Source: Eledone cirrhosa | Taxonomy: Eukaryota | DNA length: 64,000 nucleotides | Direction: 5' to 3' | Assembly (NCBI GenBank): GCA_964016885.1 | Contig: OZ024742.1 | Span: forward strand, 323,764,001 to 323,828,000 | Shown here: positions 1 to 18,000 of the stretch, piece after piece | Position numbering within the stretch: position 1 is the first letter of the stretch | Layout: each line of letters starts with the position of its first letter | The notes under the pieces: generated by a model | Database searches by the model: none | What the model saw: only the letters and a program-made list of their open reading frames with translations | Told to the model about the DNA's origin: nothing | Made by a program: the position numbers and the translations under genes

Positions 1-3000
1 CTACTTCCATCTACAACACACTACTGCCATCTACAACACATTACCTCCATCTACAACACACTACTGCCATCTACACCACACTACCTCCATCTACAACACA
101 CTACCGCCATCTAAAACACACTACAGCCATCTACAACACACTACCGCCATCTACAACACACTACTGCCATCTACAACGCACTGCCACCATCTACATCGCA
201 CTACCGCCATCTACAAAGCGCTACTGCCATCTACAACACACTATCGCCATCTACAACACACTATCACCATCTACAACACACTATCGCCATCTACAACACA
301 CTACTGCCATCTACAACACACTACTTTCATTTACAAAAGACTATCGCCATCTACAAAACACTACTGCCATCTACAACACACTACCTCCATCTACAACACA
401 CTACTTCCATCTACAACACACTACCGCCGTCTACAACGCACTCCAGCCATCTACAACGCAGTACCGGCATCCACAGCACACTACCACCATCTACAACACA
501 CTACCGCCGTCTACAACACACTACTTCCATCTACAACACACTACTTCCATCTACAACACACTACTTCTATCTACAATACACTACTGCCATCTACAACACA
601 TTACCTCCATCTATAACACACTACTGCCATCTACACCACACTACCTCCATCTACAACACACTACCGCCATCTAAACCACACTACAGCCATCTACAACACA
701 CTACCGCCATCTACAACGCACTGCCGCCATCTACATCGACCTACCGCCATCTACAACACACTACTGCCATCTACACCACACTACCTCCATCTACAACACA
801 CTACCGCCATCTACAACACACTACCGCCATCTACAACGCACTACCGCCATATACATCGCACTACCGCCATATACAAAGCGCTACTGCCATCTACAACACA
901 TTACTGCCATCTACAACACAATACCACCATCTACAACACACTACCTCCATCTACAACACACTACTTCCATCTACAACACACTACTTCCATCTACAACACA
1001 CTACTGCCGTCTACAACGCACTCCCGCCATCCACAACGCACTACCGGCATCCACAACACACTACCGCCATCTACAACACACTACCGCCATCTACAACACG
1101 CTACTTCCATCTACAACACACTACTTCCATCTACAACACACTACTTCCATCTACAACACACTACTGCCATCTACAACACGTTACCTCCATCTACAACACA
1201 CTACTGCCATCTACACCACACTACCTCCATCTACAACACACTACCGCCGTCTAAAACACACTACAGCCGTCTACAACACACTACCGCCATCTACAACACA
1301 CTACTGCCATCTACACCACACTACCTCCATCTACAACACACTACCGCCATCTACAACACACTACCGCCATCTACAACGCACTGCCGCCATCTATATCGCA
1401 CTACCGCCATCTACAAAGCGCAACTGCCATCTACAACACACTACTGCCATCTACAACACACTATCGCCATCTACCACACACTATCGCCATCTACAACACA
1501 CTACTGCCATCTACAACACACTACTTCCATCTACAACACACTACTTCCATCTACAACACACTACTGCCATCTACAACACATTACCTCCATCTACAACACA
1601 CTACTGCCATCTACACCACACTACCTCCATCTACAACACACTACCGCCATCTACAATGCACTGCCGCCATCTACATCGACCTACCGCCATCTACAACACA
1701 CTACTGCCATCTACACCACACTACCTCCATCTACAACACACTACTGCCATCTACAACACACTACCGCCATCTACAACGCACTACCGCCATCTACACCGCA
1801 CTACCGCCATATACAAAGCGCTACTGCGATCTACAACACACTACTGCCATCTACAACACACTACCACCATCTACAACACACTACCTCCATCTACAACACA
1901 CTACTTCCATCTACAACACACTACTTCCATCTACAACACACTACTGCCGTCTACAACGCACTGCCGCCATCCACAACGCACTACCGGCATCCACAACACA
2001 CTACCGCCATCTACAACACACTACCGCCATCTACAACACGCTACTTCCATCTACAACACACTACTTCCATCTACAACACACTACTTCCATCTACAACACA
2101 CTACTGCCATCTACAACACGTTACCTCCATCTACAACACACTACTGCCATCTACACCACACTACCTCCATCTACAACACACTACCGCCGTCTAAAACACA
2201 CTACAGCCGTCTACAACACACTACCGCCATCTACAACACACTACTGCCATCTACACCACACTACCTCCATCTACAACACACTACCGCCATCTACAACACA
2301 CTACCGCCATCTACAACGCACTGCCGCCATCTATATCGCACTACCGCCATCTACAAAGCGCAACTGCCATCTACAACACACTACTGCCATCTACAACACA
2401 CTATCGCCATCTACCACACACTATCGCCATCTACAACACACTACTGCCATCTACAACACACTACTTCCATCTACAACACACTACTTCCATCTACAACACA
2501 CTACTGCCATCTACAACACATTACCTCCATCTACAACACACTACTGCCATCTACACCACACTACCTCCATCTACAACACACTACCGCCATCTACAACGCA
2601 CTGCCGCCATCTACATCGCCCTACCGCCATCTACAAAGCGCTACTGCCATCTACAACACACTACCGCCATCTACAACACACTACTGCCATCTACAACACA
2701 CTACTGCCATCTACAACACACTACTGCCATCTACAACACACTATCGCCATCTACAACACACTACTGCCATCTACAACAGACTACCGCCATCTACAACAGA
2801 CTACCGCCATCTACAACACACTACCTCCATCTACAACACACTACCGCCTTCTACAAAGCGCTACTGCCATCTACAACACACTACTGCCATCTACAACACA
2901 CTTCCGCCATCTACCACACACTACCTCCATCTACAACACACTTCCGCCATCTACCACACACTACCTCCATCTACAACACACTACTGCCATCTACAACACA

Positions 3001-6000
3001 CTACTGCCATCTACAACATACTACTGCCATCTACAACATACTACTGCCATCTACAACATACTACTGCCATCTACAACACACTACTTCCATCTACAACACA
3101 CTACTTCCATCTACAACACACTACTGCCATCTACAACACACTACCTCCATCTACAACACACTACTGCCATCTACAACACACTACTGCCATCTACAACACA
3201 CTACTGCCATCTACAACACACTACTGCCATCTACAACATAATACTGCCATCTACAACACACTACTGCCATCTACAACACACTACTGCCATATACAACACA
3301 CTACTGCCATCTACAACAGACTACTGCCATCTACAACACACTACCGCCATCTACAACGCACTGCCGCCATCTACATCGACCTACCGCCATCTACAACACA
3401 CTACTGCCATCTACACCACACTACCTCCATCTACAACACACTACCACCATCTACAACACACTACCGCCATCTACAACGCACTACCGCCATCTACATCGCA
3501 CTACCGCCATCTACAAAGCGCTACTGCCATCTACAACACACTACTGCCATCTACAACACACTACCACCATCTACAACACACTACCTCCATCTACAACACA
3601 CTACTTCCATCTACAACACACTACTGCCATCTACAACACACTACTGCCGTCTACAACACACTCCCGCCATCCACAACGCACTACCGGCATCCACAACACA
3701 CTACCACCATCTACAACACACTACCGCCATCTACAACACGCTACTTCCATCTACAACACACTACTTCCATCTACAACACACTACTTCCATCTACAACACA
3801 CTACTTCCATCTACAACACACTACTGCCATCTACAACACGTTACCTCCATCTACAACACACTACTGCCATCTACACCACACTACCTCCATCTACAACACA
3901 CTACCGCCGTCTAAAACACACTACAGCCATCTACAACACACTACCGCCATCTACAACACACTACTGCCATCTACACCACACTACCTCCATCTACAACACA
4001 CTACCGCCATCTACAACACACTACCGCCATCTACAACGCACTGCCGCCATCTATATCGCACTACCGCCATCTACAAAGCGCAACTGCCATCTACAACACA
4101 CTACTGCCATCTACAACACACTATCGCCATCTACCACACACTATCGCCATCTACAACACACTACTGCCATCTACAACACACTACTTCCATCTACAACACA
4201 CTACTGCCATCTACAACACATTACCTCCATCTACAACACACTACTGCCATCTACAACACACTACTGCCATCTACACCACACTACCTCCATCTACAACACA
4301 CTACCGCCATCTAAAACACACTACAGCCATCTACAACACACTACCGCCATCTACAACACACTACTGCCATCTACAACACACTGCCGCCATCTACATCGCA
4401 CTACCGCCATCTACAAAGCGCTACTGCCATCTACAACACACTACCTCCATCTACAACACACTACTGCCATCTACAACACTATACTGCCATCTACAACACA
4501 CTACTGCCATCTACAACATACTACTGCCATCTACAACACACTACTGCCATCTACAACACACTACTGCCATCTACAACACACTACTGCCATCTACAACACA
4601 CTACTGCCATCTACAACAGACTACCGCCATCTACAACACACTACCGCCATCTACAACGCACTGCCGCCATCTACATCGACCTACCGCCATCTACAACACA
4701 CTACTGCCATCTACACCACACTACCTCCAATCTACAACACACTACCGCCATCTACAACACACTACCGCCATCTACAACGCACTACCGCCATCTACATCGC
4801 ACTACCGCCATCTACAAAGCGCTACTGCCATCTACAACACACTACTGCCATCTACAACACACTAGCACCATCTACAACACACTACCTCCATCTACAACAC
4901 ACTACTTCCATCTACAACACACTACTTCCATCTACAACACACTACTGCCGTCTACAACGCACTCCCGCCATCCACAACGCACTACCGGCATCCACAACAC
5001 ACTACCACCATCTACAACACACTACCGCCATCTACAACAAGCTACTTCCATCTACAACACACTACTTCCATCTACAACACACTACTTCCATCTACAACAC
5101 ACTACTTCCATCTACAACACGTTACCTCCATCTACAACACACTACTGCCATCTACACCACACTACCTCCATCTACAACACACTACCGCCGTCTAAAACAC
5201 ACTACACCCATCTACAACACACTACCGCCTTCTACAACACACTACTGCCATCTACACCACACTACCTCCATCTACAACACACTACCGCCATCTACAACAC
5301 ACTACCGCCATCTACAACGCACTGCCGCCATCTATATCGCACTACCGCCATCTACAAAGCGCAACTGCCATCTACAACACACTACTGCCATCTACAACAC
5401 ACTATCGCCATCTACCACACACTATCGCCATCTACAACACACTACTGCCATCTACAACACACTACTTCCATCTACAACACACTACTTCCATCTACAACAC
5501 ACTACTTCCATCTACAACACACTACTGCCATCTACAACACATTACCTCCATCTACAACACACTACTGCCATCTACACCACACTACCTCCATCTACAACAC
5601 ACTACCGCCATCTAAAACACACTACAGCCATCTACAACACACTACCGCCATCTACAACACACTACTGCCATCTACAACGCACTGCCACCATCTACATCGC
5701 ACTACCGCCATCTACAAAGCGCTACTGCCATCTACAACACACTATCGCCATCTACAACACACTATCACCATCTACAACACACTATCGCCATCTACAACAC
5801 ACTACTGCCATCTACAACACACTACTTTCATTTACAAAAGACTATCGCCATCTACAAAACACTACTGCCATCTACAACACACTACCTCCATCTACAACAC
5901 ACTACTTCCATCTACAACACACTACCGCCGTCTACAACGCACTCCAGCCATCTACAACGCAGTACCGGCATCCACAGCACACTACCACCATCTACAACAC

Positions 6001-9000
6001 ACTACCGCCGTCTACAACACACTACTTCCATCTACAACACACTACTTCCATCTACAACACACTACTTCCATCTACAATACACTACTGCCATCTACAACAC
6101 ATTACCTCCATCTATAACACACTACTGCCATCTACACCACACTACCTCCATCTACAACACACTACCGCCATCTAAACCACACTACAGCCATCTACAACAC
6201 ACTACCGCCATCTACAACGCACTGCCGCCATCTACATCGACCTACCGCCATCTACAACACACTACTGCCATCTACACCACACTACCTCCATCTACAACAC
6301 ACTACCGCCATCTACAACACACTACCGCCATCTACAACGCACTACCGCCATCTACATCGCACTACCGCCATATACAAAGCGCTACTGCCATCTACAACAC
6401 ATTACTGCCATCTACAACACAATACCACCATCTACAACACACTACCTCCATCTACAACACACTACTTCCATCTACAACACACTACTTCCATCTACAACAC
6501 ACTACTGCCGTCTACAACGCACTCCCGCCATCCACAACGCACTACCGGCATCCACAACACACTACCGCCATCTACAACACACTACCGCCATCTACAACAC
6601 GCTACTTCCATCTACAACACACTACTTCCATCTACAACACACTACTTCCATCTACAACACACTACTGCCATCTACAACACGTTACCTCCATCTACAACAC
6701 ACTACTGCCATCTACACCACACTACCTCCATCTACAACACACTACCGCCGTCTAAAACACACTACAGCCGTCTACAACACACTACCGCCATCTACAACAC
6801 ACTACTGCCATCTACACCACACTACCTCCATCTACAACACACTACCGCCATCTACAACACACTACCGCCATCTACAACGCACTGCCGCCATCTATATCGC
6901 ACTACCGCCATCTACAAAGCGCAACTGCCATCTACAACACACTACTGCCATCTACAACACACTATCGCCATCTACCACACACTATCGCCATCTACAACAC
7001 ACTACTGCCATCTACAACACACTACTTCCATCTACAACACACTACTTCCATCTACAACACACTACTGCCATCTACAACACATTACCTCCATCTACAACAC
7101 ACTACTGCCATCTACACCACACTACCTCCATCTACAACACACTACCGCCATCTACAACGCACTGCCGCCATCTACATCGACCTACCGCCATCTACAACAC
7201 ACTACTGCCATCTACACCACACTACCTCCATCTACAACACACTACCGCCATCTACAACACACTACCGCCATCTACAACGCACTACCGCCATCTACAACGC
7301 ACTACCGCCATATACAAAGCGCTACTGCCATCTACAACACACTACTGCCATCTACAACACACTACCACCATCTACAACACACTACCTCCATCTACAACAC
7401 ACTACTTCCATCTACAACACACTACTTCCATCTACAACACACTACTGCCGTCTACAACGCACTCCCGCCATCCACAACGCACTACCGGCATCCACAACAC
7501 ACTACCGCCATCTACAACACACTACCGCCATCTACAACACGCTACTTCCATCTACAACACGCTACTTCCATCTACAACACACTACTTCCATCTACAACAC
7601 ACTACTTCCATCTACAACACACTACTGCCATCTACAACACGTTACCTCCATCTACAACACACTACTGCCATCTACACCACACTACCTCCATCTACAACAC
7701 ACTACCGCCGTCTAAAACACACTACAGCCGTCTACAACACACTACCGCCATCTACAACACACTACTGCCATCTACACCACACTACCTCCATCTACAACAC
7801 ACTACCGCCATCTACAACACACTACCGCCATCTACAACGCACTGCCGCCATCTATATCGCACTACCGCCATCTACAAAGCGCAACTGCCATCTACAACAC
7901 ACTACTGCCATCTACAACACACTATCGCCATCTACCACACACTATCGCCATCTACAACACACTACTGCCATCTACAACACACTACTTCCATCTACAACAC
8001 ACTACTTCCATCTACAACACACTACTGCCATCTACAACACATTACCTCCATCTACAACACACTACTGCCATCTACACCACACTACCTCCATCTACAACAC
8101 ACTACCGCCATCTACAACGCACTGCCGCCATCTACATCGCCCTACCGCCATCTACAAAGCGCTACTGCCATCTACAACACACTACCGCCATCTACAACAC
8201 ACTACTGCCATCTACAACACACTACTGCCATCTACAACACACTACTGCCATCTACAACACACTATCGCCATCTACAACACACTACTGCCATCTACAACAG
8301 ACTACCGCCATCTACAACAGACTACCGCCATCTACAACACACTACCTCCATCTACAACACACTACCGCCTTCTACAAAGCGCTACTGCCATCTACAACAC
8401 ACTACTGCCATCTACAACACACTTCCGCCATCTACCACACACTACCTCCATCTACAACACACTTCCGCCATCTACCACACACTACCTCCATCTACAACAC
8501 ACTACTGCCATCTACAACACACTACTGCCATCTACAACATACTACTGCCATCTACAACATACTACTGCCATCTACAACATACTACTGCCATCTACAACAC
8601 ACTACTTCCATCTACAACACACTACTTCCATCTACAACACACTACTGCCATCTACAACACACTACCTCCATCTACAACACACTACTGCCATCTACAACAC
8701 ACTACTGCCATCTACAACACACTACTGCCATCTACAACACACTACTGCCATCTACAACATAATACTGCCATCTACAAAACACTACTGCCATCTACAACAC
8801 ACTACTGCCATATACAACACACTACTGCCATCTACAACAGACTACTGCCATCTACAACACACTACCGCCATCTACAACGCACTGCCGCCATCTACATCGA
8901 CCTACCGCCATCTACAACACACTACTGCCATCTACACCACACTACCTCCATCTACAACACACTACCACCATCTACAACACACTACCGCCATCTACAACGC

Positions 9001-12000
9001 ACTACCGCCATCTACATCGCACTACCGCCATCTACAAAGCGCTACTGCCATCTACAACACACTACTGCCATCTACAACACACTACCACCATCTACAACAC
9101 ACTACCTCCATCTACAACACACTACTTCCATCTACAACACACTACTTCCATCTACAACACACTACTGCCATCTACAACACACTACTGCCGTCTACAACAC
9201 ACTCCCGCCATCCACAACGCACTACCGGCATCCACAACACACTACCACCATCTACAACACACTACCGCCATCTACAACACGCTACTTCCATCTACAACAC
9301 ACTACTTCCATCTACAACACACTACTTCCATCTACAACACACTACTTCCATCTACAACACACTACTGCCATCTACAACACGTTACCTCCATCTACAACAC
9401 ACTACTGCCATCTACACCACACTACCTCCATCTACAACACACTACCGCCGTCTAAAACACACTACAGCCATCTACAACACACTACCGCCATCTACAACAC
9501 ACTACTGCCATCTACACCACACTACCTCCATCTACAACACACTACCGCCATCTACAACACACTACCGCCATCTACAACGCACTGCCGCCATCTATATCGC
9601 ACTACCGCCATCTACAAAGCGCAACTGCCATCTACAACACACTACTGCCATCTACAACACACTATCGCCATCTACCACACACTATCGCCATCTACAACAC
9701 ACTACTGCCATCTACAACACACTACTTCCATCTACAACACACTACTGCCATCTACAACACATTACCTCCATCTACAACACACTACTGCCATCTACAACAC
9801 ACTACTGCCATCTACACCACACTACCTCCATCTACAACACACTACCGCCATCTAAAACACACTACAGCCATCTACAACACACTACCGCCATCTACAACAC
9901 ACTACTGCCATCTACAACACACTGCCGCCATCTACATCGCACTACCGCCATCTACAAAGCGCTACTGCCATCTACAACACACTATCGCCATCTACAACAC
10001 ACTATCGCCATCTACAACACACTACTGCCATCTACAACACACTACTGCCATCTACAACACACTACTTTCATTTACAAAAGACTATCGCCATCTACAAAAC
10101 ACTACTGCCATCTACAACACACTACCTCCATCTACAACACACTACTTCCATCTACAACACACTACCGCGGTCTACAACGCACTCCAGCCATCTACAACGC
10201 AGTACCGGCATCCACAACACACTACCACCATCTACAACACACTACCGCCATCTACAACACACTACTTCCATCTACAACACACTACTTCCATCTACAACAC
10301 ACTACTGCCATCTACAACACATTACCTCCATCTATAACACACTACTGCCATCTACAACACACTACCGCCATCTAAAACACACTACAGCCATCTACAACAC
10401 ACTACCGCCATCTACAACGCACTGCCGCCATCTACATCGCCCTACCGCCATCTACAAAGCGCTACTGCCATCTACAACACACTACCGCCATCTACAACAC
10501 ACTATTGCCATCTACAACACACTACTGCCATCTACAACACACTACTGCCATCTACAACACACTATCGCCATCTACAACACACTACTGCCATCTACAACAG
10601 ACTACCGCCATCTACAACACACTACCTCCATCTACAACACACTACCGCCATCTACAAAGCGCTACTGCCATCTACAACACACTACTGCCATCTACAACAC
10701 ACTTCCGCCATCTACCACACACTACCTCCATCTACAACACACTTCCGCCATCTACCACACACTACCTCCATCTACAACACACTACTGCCATCTACAACAC
10801 ACTACTGCCATCTACAACATACTACTGCCATCTACAACATACTACTGCCATCTACAACATACTACTGCCATCTACAACACACTACTTCCATCTACAACAC
10901 ACTACTTCCATCTACAACACACTACTGCCATCTACAACACACTACCTCCATCTACAACACACTACTGCCATCTACAACACACTACTGCCATCTACAACAC
11001 ACTACTGCCATCTACAACATACTACTGCCATCTACAACACACTACTGCCATCTACAACACACTACTGCCATCTACAACACACTACTGCCATCTACAACAG
11101 ACTACCGCCATCTACAACACACTACCGCCATCTACAACGCACTGCCGCCATCTACATCGACCTACCGCCATCTACAACACACTACTGCCATCTACACCAC
11201 ACTACCTCCATCTACAACACACTACCGCCATCTACAACACACTACCGCCATCTACAACGCACTACCGCCATCTACATCGCACTACCGCCATCTACAAAGC
11301 GCTACTGCCATCTACAACACACTACTGCCATCTACAACACACTACCACCATCTACAACACACTACCTCCATCTACAACACACTACTTCCATCTACAACAC
11401 ACTACTTCCATCTACAACACACTACTGCCGTCTACAACGCACTCCCGCCATCCACAACGCACTACCGGCATCCACAACACACTACCACCATCTACAACAC
11501 GCTACTTCCATCTACAACACCCTACTTCCATCTACAACACACTACTTTCATCTACAACACACTACCGCCATCTACAACACACTACCGCCATCTACAACAC
11601 ACTACTGCCATCTACACCACACTACCTCCATCTACAACACACTACTGCCATCTACAACAGACTACTGCCATCTACAACACACTACCACCATCTACAACAC
11701 ACTACTTCCATCTACCACACACTACCTCCATCTACAATATACTACCACCATCTACAACACACTACCTCCATCTACAACACACTACTTCCATCTACAACAC
11801 ACTACCGCCATCTACAACACACTACTTTCATCTACAACACACTACTTCCATCTACACCACACTACCGCCATCTACACCACACTATCACCATCTACACCAC
11901 ACTACCACCATCTACAACACACTACCTCCATCTACAACACACTACCTCCATCTACAACACACTACCACCATCTACAACACACTACCGCCATCTACAACAC

Positions 12001-15000
12001 ACTACCTCCATCCACAACACACTACCTCCATCTACAACACACTACCTCCATCTTCAACACACTACTTCCATCTACAACATACTACCGCCATCTACAACAC
12101 ACTACCTCCCTCTACAACACACTACCGCCATCTACAACACACTACTGCCATCTACACCACACTACCACCATCTACAACACACTACTGCCATCTACACCAC
12201 ACTACCCCCATCTACCACACACTACCGCCATCTACAACACACTACCGCCTTCTACAACACACACACTACCGCCATCTACAACACACTTCCGCCATCTACA
12301 ACACACTACCTCCATCTACAATACACTACTGCCATCTACAACACACTTCCGCCATCTACCACACACTACCTCCATCTACAACACACTACTGCCATCTACA
12401 ACACACTACTGCCATCTACAACACACTACCGCCATCTACAACACACTACTTCCATCTACAACACACTACCGCCATCTATAACACACTAATGCCGTCTACA
12501 ACACACTACCGCCATCTACCACACACTACTGCCATCTTCAACGCACTACCGCCATCTACATCGCACTACCGCCATTTACAAAGCGCTACTGCCATCTACA
12601 ACACACTACTGCCATCTACAACACACTATCGCCATCTACAACACACTACTTCCATTTAGAACACACTACAGCCATCGACAACACCCTACCGCCATCTACA
12701 ATGCACTGCCGCCATCTACATCGCACTACCGCCATCTACAAAGCGCTACTGCCATCTACAACACACTACCGCCATCTACAATACACTACTTCCATCTACA
12801 ACACACTTCCGCCATCTACCACACACTACCTCCATCTACAACACACTACTGCCATCTACAACACACTACTGCCATCTACAACATACTACTGCCATCTACA
12901 ACATACTACTGCCATCTACAACATACTACTGCCATCTACAACACACTACTTCCATCTACAACACACTACTTCCATCTACAACACACTACTGCCATCTACA
13001 ACACACTACCTCCATCTACAACACACTACTGCCATCTACAACACACTACTGCCATCTACAACACACTACTGCCATCTACAACACACTACTGCCATCTACA
13101 ACATAATACTGCCATCTACAAAACACTACTGCCATCTACAACACACTACTGCCATATACAACACACTACTGCCATCTACAACAGACTACTGCCATCTACA
13201 ACACACTACCGCCATCTACAACGCACTGCCGCCATCTACATCGACCTACCGCCATCTACAACACACTACTGCCATCTACACCACACTACCTCCATCTACA
13301 ACACACTACCACCATCTACAACACACTACCGCCATCTACAACGCACTACCGCCATCTACATCGCACTACCGCCATCTACAAAGCGCTACTGCCATCTACA
13401 ACACACTACTGCCATCTACAACACACTACCACCATCTACAACACACTACCTCCATCTACAACACACTACTTCCATCTACAACACACTACTTCCATCTACA
13501 ACACACTACTGCCATCTACAACACACTACTGCCGTCTACAACACACTCCCGCCATCCACAACGCACTACCGGCATCCACAACACACTACCACCATCTACA
13601 ACACACTACCGCCATCTACAACACGCTACTTCCATCTACAACACACTACTTCCATCTACAACACACTACTTCCATCTACAACACACTACTTCCATCTACA
13701 ACACACTACTGCCATCTACAACACGTTACCTCCATCTACAACACACTACTGCCATCTACACCACACTACCTCCATCTACAACACACTACCGCCGTCTAAA
13801 ACACACTACAGCCATCTACAACACACTACCGCCATCTACAACACACTACTGCCATCTACACCACACTACCTCCATCTACAACACACTACCGCCATCTACA
13901 ACACACTACCGCCATCTACAACGCACTGCCGCCATCTATATCGCACTACCGCCATCTACAAAGCGCAACTGCCATCTACAACACACTACTGCCATCTACA
14001 ACACACTATCGCCATCTACCACACACTATCGCCATCTACAACACACTACTGCCATCTACAACACACTACTTCCATCTACAACACACTACTGCCATCTACA
14101 ACACATTACCTCCATCTACAACACACTACTGCCATCTACAACACACTACTGCCATCTACACCACACTACCTCCATCTACAACACACTACCGCCATCTAAA
14201 ACACACTACAGCCATCTACAACACACTACCGCCATCTACAACACACTACTGCCATCTACAACACACTGCCGCCATCTACATCGCACTACCGCCATCTACA
14301 AAGCGCTACTGCCATCTACAACACACTATCGCCATCTACAACACACTATCGCCATCTACAACACACTACTGCCATCTACAACACACTACTGCCATCTACA
14401 ACACACTACTTTCATTTACAAAAGACTATCGCCATCTACAAAACACTACTGCCATCTACAACACACTACCTCCATCTACAACACACTACTTCCATCTACA
14501 ACACACTACCGCGGTCTACAACGCACTCCAGCCATCTACAACGCAGTACCGGCATCCACAACACACTACCACCATCTACAACACACTACCGCCATCTACA
14601 ACACACTACTTCCATCTACAACACACTACTTCCATCTACAACACACTACTGCCATCTACAACACATTACCTCCATCTATAACACACTACTGCCATCTACA
14701 ACACACTACCGCCATCTAAAACACACTACAGCCATCTACAACACACTACCGCCATCTACAACGCACTGCCGCCATCTACATCGCCCTACCGCCATCTACA
14801 AAGCGCTACTGCCATCTACAACACACTACCGCCATCTACAACACACTATTGCCATCTACAACACACTACTGCCATCTACAACACACTACTGCCATCTACA
14901 ACACACTATCGCCATCTACAACACACTACTGCCATCTACAACAGACTACCGCCATCTACAACACACTACCTCCATCTACAACACACTACCGCCATCTACA

Positions 15001-18000
15001 AAGCGCTACTGCCATCTACAACACACTACTGCCATCTACAACACACTTCCGCCATCTACCACACACTACCTCCATCTACAACACACTTCCGCCATCTACC
15101 ACACACTACCTCCATCTACAACACACTACTGCCATCTACAACACACTACTGCCATCTACAACATACTACTGCCATCTACAACATACTACTGCCATCTACA
15201 ACATACTACTGCCATCTACAACACACTACTTCCATCTACAACACACTACTTCCATCTACAACACACTACTGCCATCTACAACACACTACCTCCATCTACA
15301 ACACACTACTGCCATCTACAACACACTACTGCCATCTACAACACACTACTGCCATCTACAACATACTACTGCCATCTACAACACACTACTGCCATCTACA
15401 ACACACTACTGCCATCTACAACACACTACTGCCATCTACAACAGACTACCGCCATCTACAACACACTACCGCCATCTACAACGCACTGCCGCCATCTACA
15501 TCGACCTACCGCCATCTACAACACACTACTGCCATCTACACCACACTACCTCCATCTACAACACACTACCGCCATCTACAACACACTACCGCCATCTACA
15601 ACGCACTACCGCCATCTACATCGCACTACCGCCATCTACAAAGCGCTACTGCCATCTACAACACACTACTGCCATCTACAACACACTACCACCATCTACA
15701 ACACACTACCTCCATCTACAACACACTACTTCCATCTACAACACACTACTTCCATCTACAACACACTACTGCCGTCTACAACGCACTCCCGCCATCCACA
15801 ACGCACTACCGGCATCCACAACACACTACCACCATCTACAACACGCTACTTCCATCTACAACACCCTACTTCCATCTACAACACACTACTTTCATCTACA
15901 ACACACTACCGCCATCTACAACACACTACCGCCATCTACAACACACTACTGCCATCTACACCACACTACCTCCATCTACAACACACTACTGCCATCTACA
16001 ACAGACTACTGCCATCTACAACACACTACCACCATCTACAACACACTACTTCCATCTACCACACACTACCTCCATCTACAATATACTACCACCATCTACA
16101 ACACACTACCTCCATCTACAACACACTACTTCCATCTACAACACACTACCGCCATCTACAACACACTACTTTCATCTACAACACACTACTTCCATCTACA
16201 CCACACTACCGCCATCTACACCACACTATCACCATCTACACCACACTACCACCATCTACAACACACTACCTCCATCTACAACACACTACCTCCATCTACA
16301 ACACACTACCACCATCTACAACACACTACCGCCATCTACAACACACTACCTCCATCCACAACACACTACCTCCATCTACAACACACTACCTCCATCTTCA
16401 ACACACTACTTCCATCTACAACATACTACCGCCATCTACAACACACTACCTCCCTCTACAACACACTACCGCCATCTACAACACACTACTGCCATCTACA
16501 CCACACTACCACCATCTACAACACACTACTGCCATCTACACCACACTACCCCCATCTACCACACACTACCGCCATCTACAACACACTACCGCCTTCTACA
16601 ACACACACACTACCGCCATCTACAACACACTTCCGCCATCTACAACACACTACCTCCATCTACAATACACTACTGCCATCTACAACACACTTCCGCCATC
16701 TACCACACACTACCTCCATCTACAACACACTACTGCCATCTACAACACACTACTGCCATCTACAACACACTACCGCCATCTACAACACACTACTTCCATC
16801 TACAACACACTACCGCCATCTATAACACACTAATGCCGTCTACAACACACTACCGCCATCTACCACACACTACTGCCATCTTCAACGCACTACCGCCATC
16901 TACATCGCACTACCGCCATTTACAAAGCGCTACTGCCATCTACAACACACTACTGCCATCTACAACACACTATCGCCATCTACAACACACTACTTCCATT
17001 TAGAACACACTACAGCCATCGACAACACCCTACCGCCATCTACAATGCACTGCCGCCATCTACATCGCACTACCGCCATCTACAAAGCGCTACTGCCATC
17101 TACAACACACTACCGCCATCTACAATACACTACTTCCATCTACAACACACTTCCGCCATCTACTACACACTACCTCCATCTACAACACACTACTGCCATC
17201 TACAACAAATTTCCGCCATCTACCACACACTACCTCCATCTACAACACACTACTGCCATCTACAACACACTACTGCCATCTACAACACACTACCGCCATC
17301 TACAACACACTACTTCCATCTACAACACACTACTTCCATCTACAACACACTACCGCCATCTATAACACACTAATGCCATCTACAACACACTACCGCCATC
17401 TACCACATACTACCGCCATCTTCAACGCACTACCGCCATCTACATCGCACTACCGCCATCTACAAAGCGCTACTGCCATCTACAACACACTACTGCCATC
17501 TACAACACACTATCGCCATCTACAACACACTACTTCCATCTACAACACTATCGCCATCTACAACACACTACCTCCATCTACAACACACTACTGCCATCTA
17601 CAACACACTACCGCCATCTTCAACAGACTACTGCCATCTACAACACACTACCACCATCTACAACACACTACCGCCATCAACAACACACTACCTCCATCTA
17701 CAACACACTACTGCCATCTACAACACACTATCGCCATCTACAACACACTACTGCCATCTATAACACTCTACCTCCATCTACAACACATTACTTCCATCTA
17801 CAAAACTCTACCTCCATCTACAACACACTACTTCCATCTACAACACACTACCTCCATCTACAACACACTACTTCAATCTACAACACACTACTTCTATCTA
17901 CAACACACTACTTCCATCTACAACACACTACTTCCATCTACAACACACTACTTCCATCTACAACACACTACTTCCATCTACAACACACTATCGCCATCTA

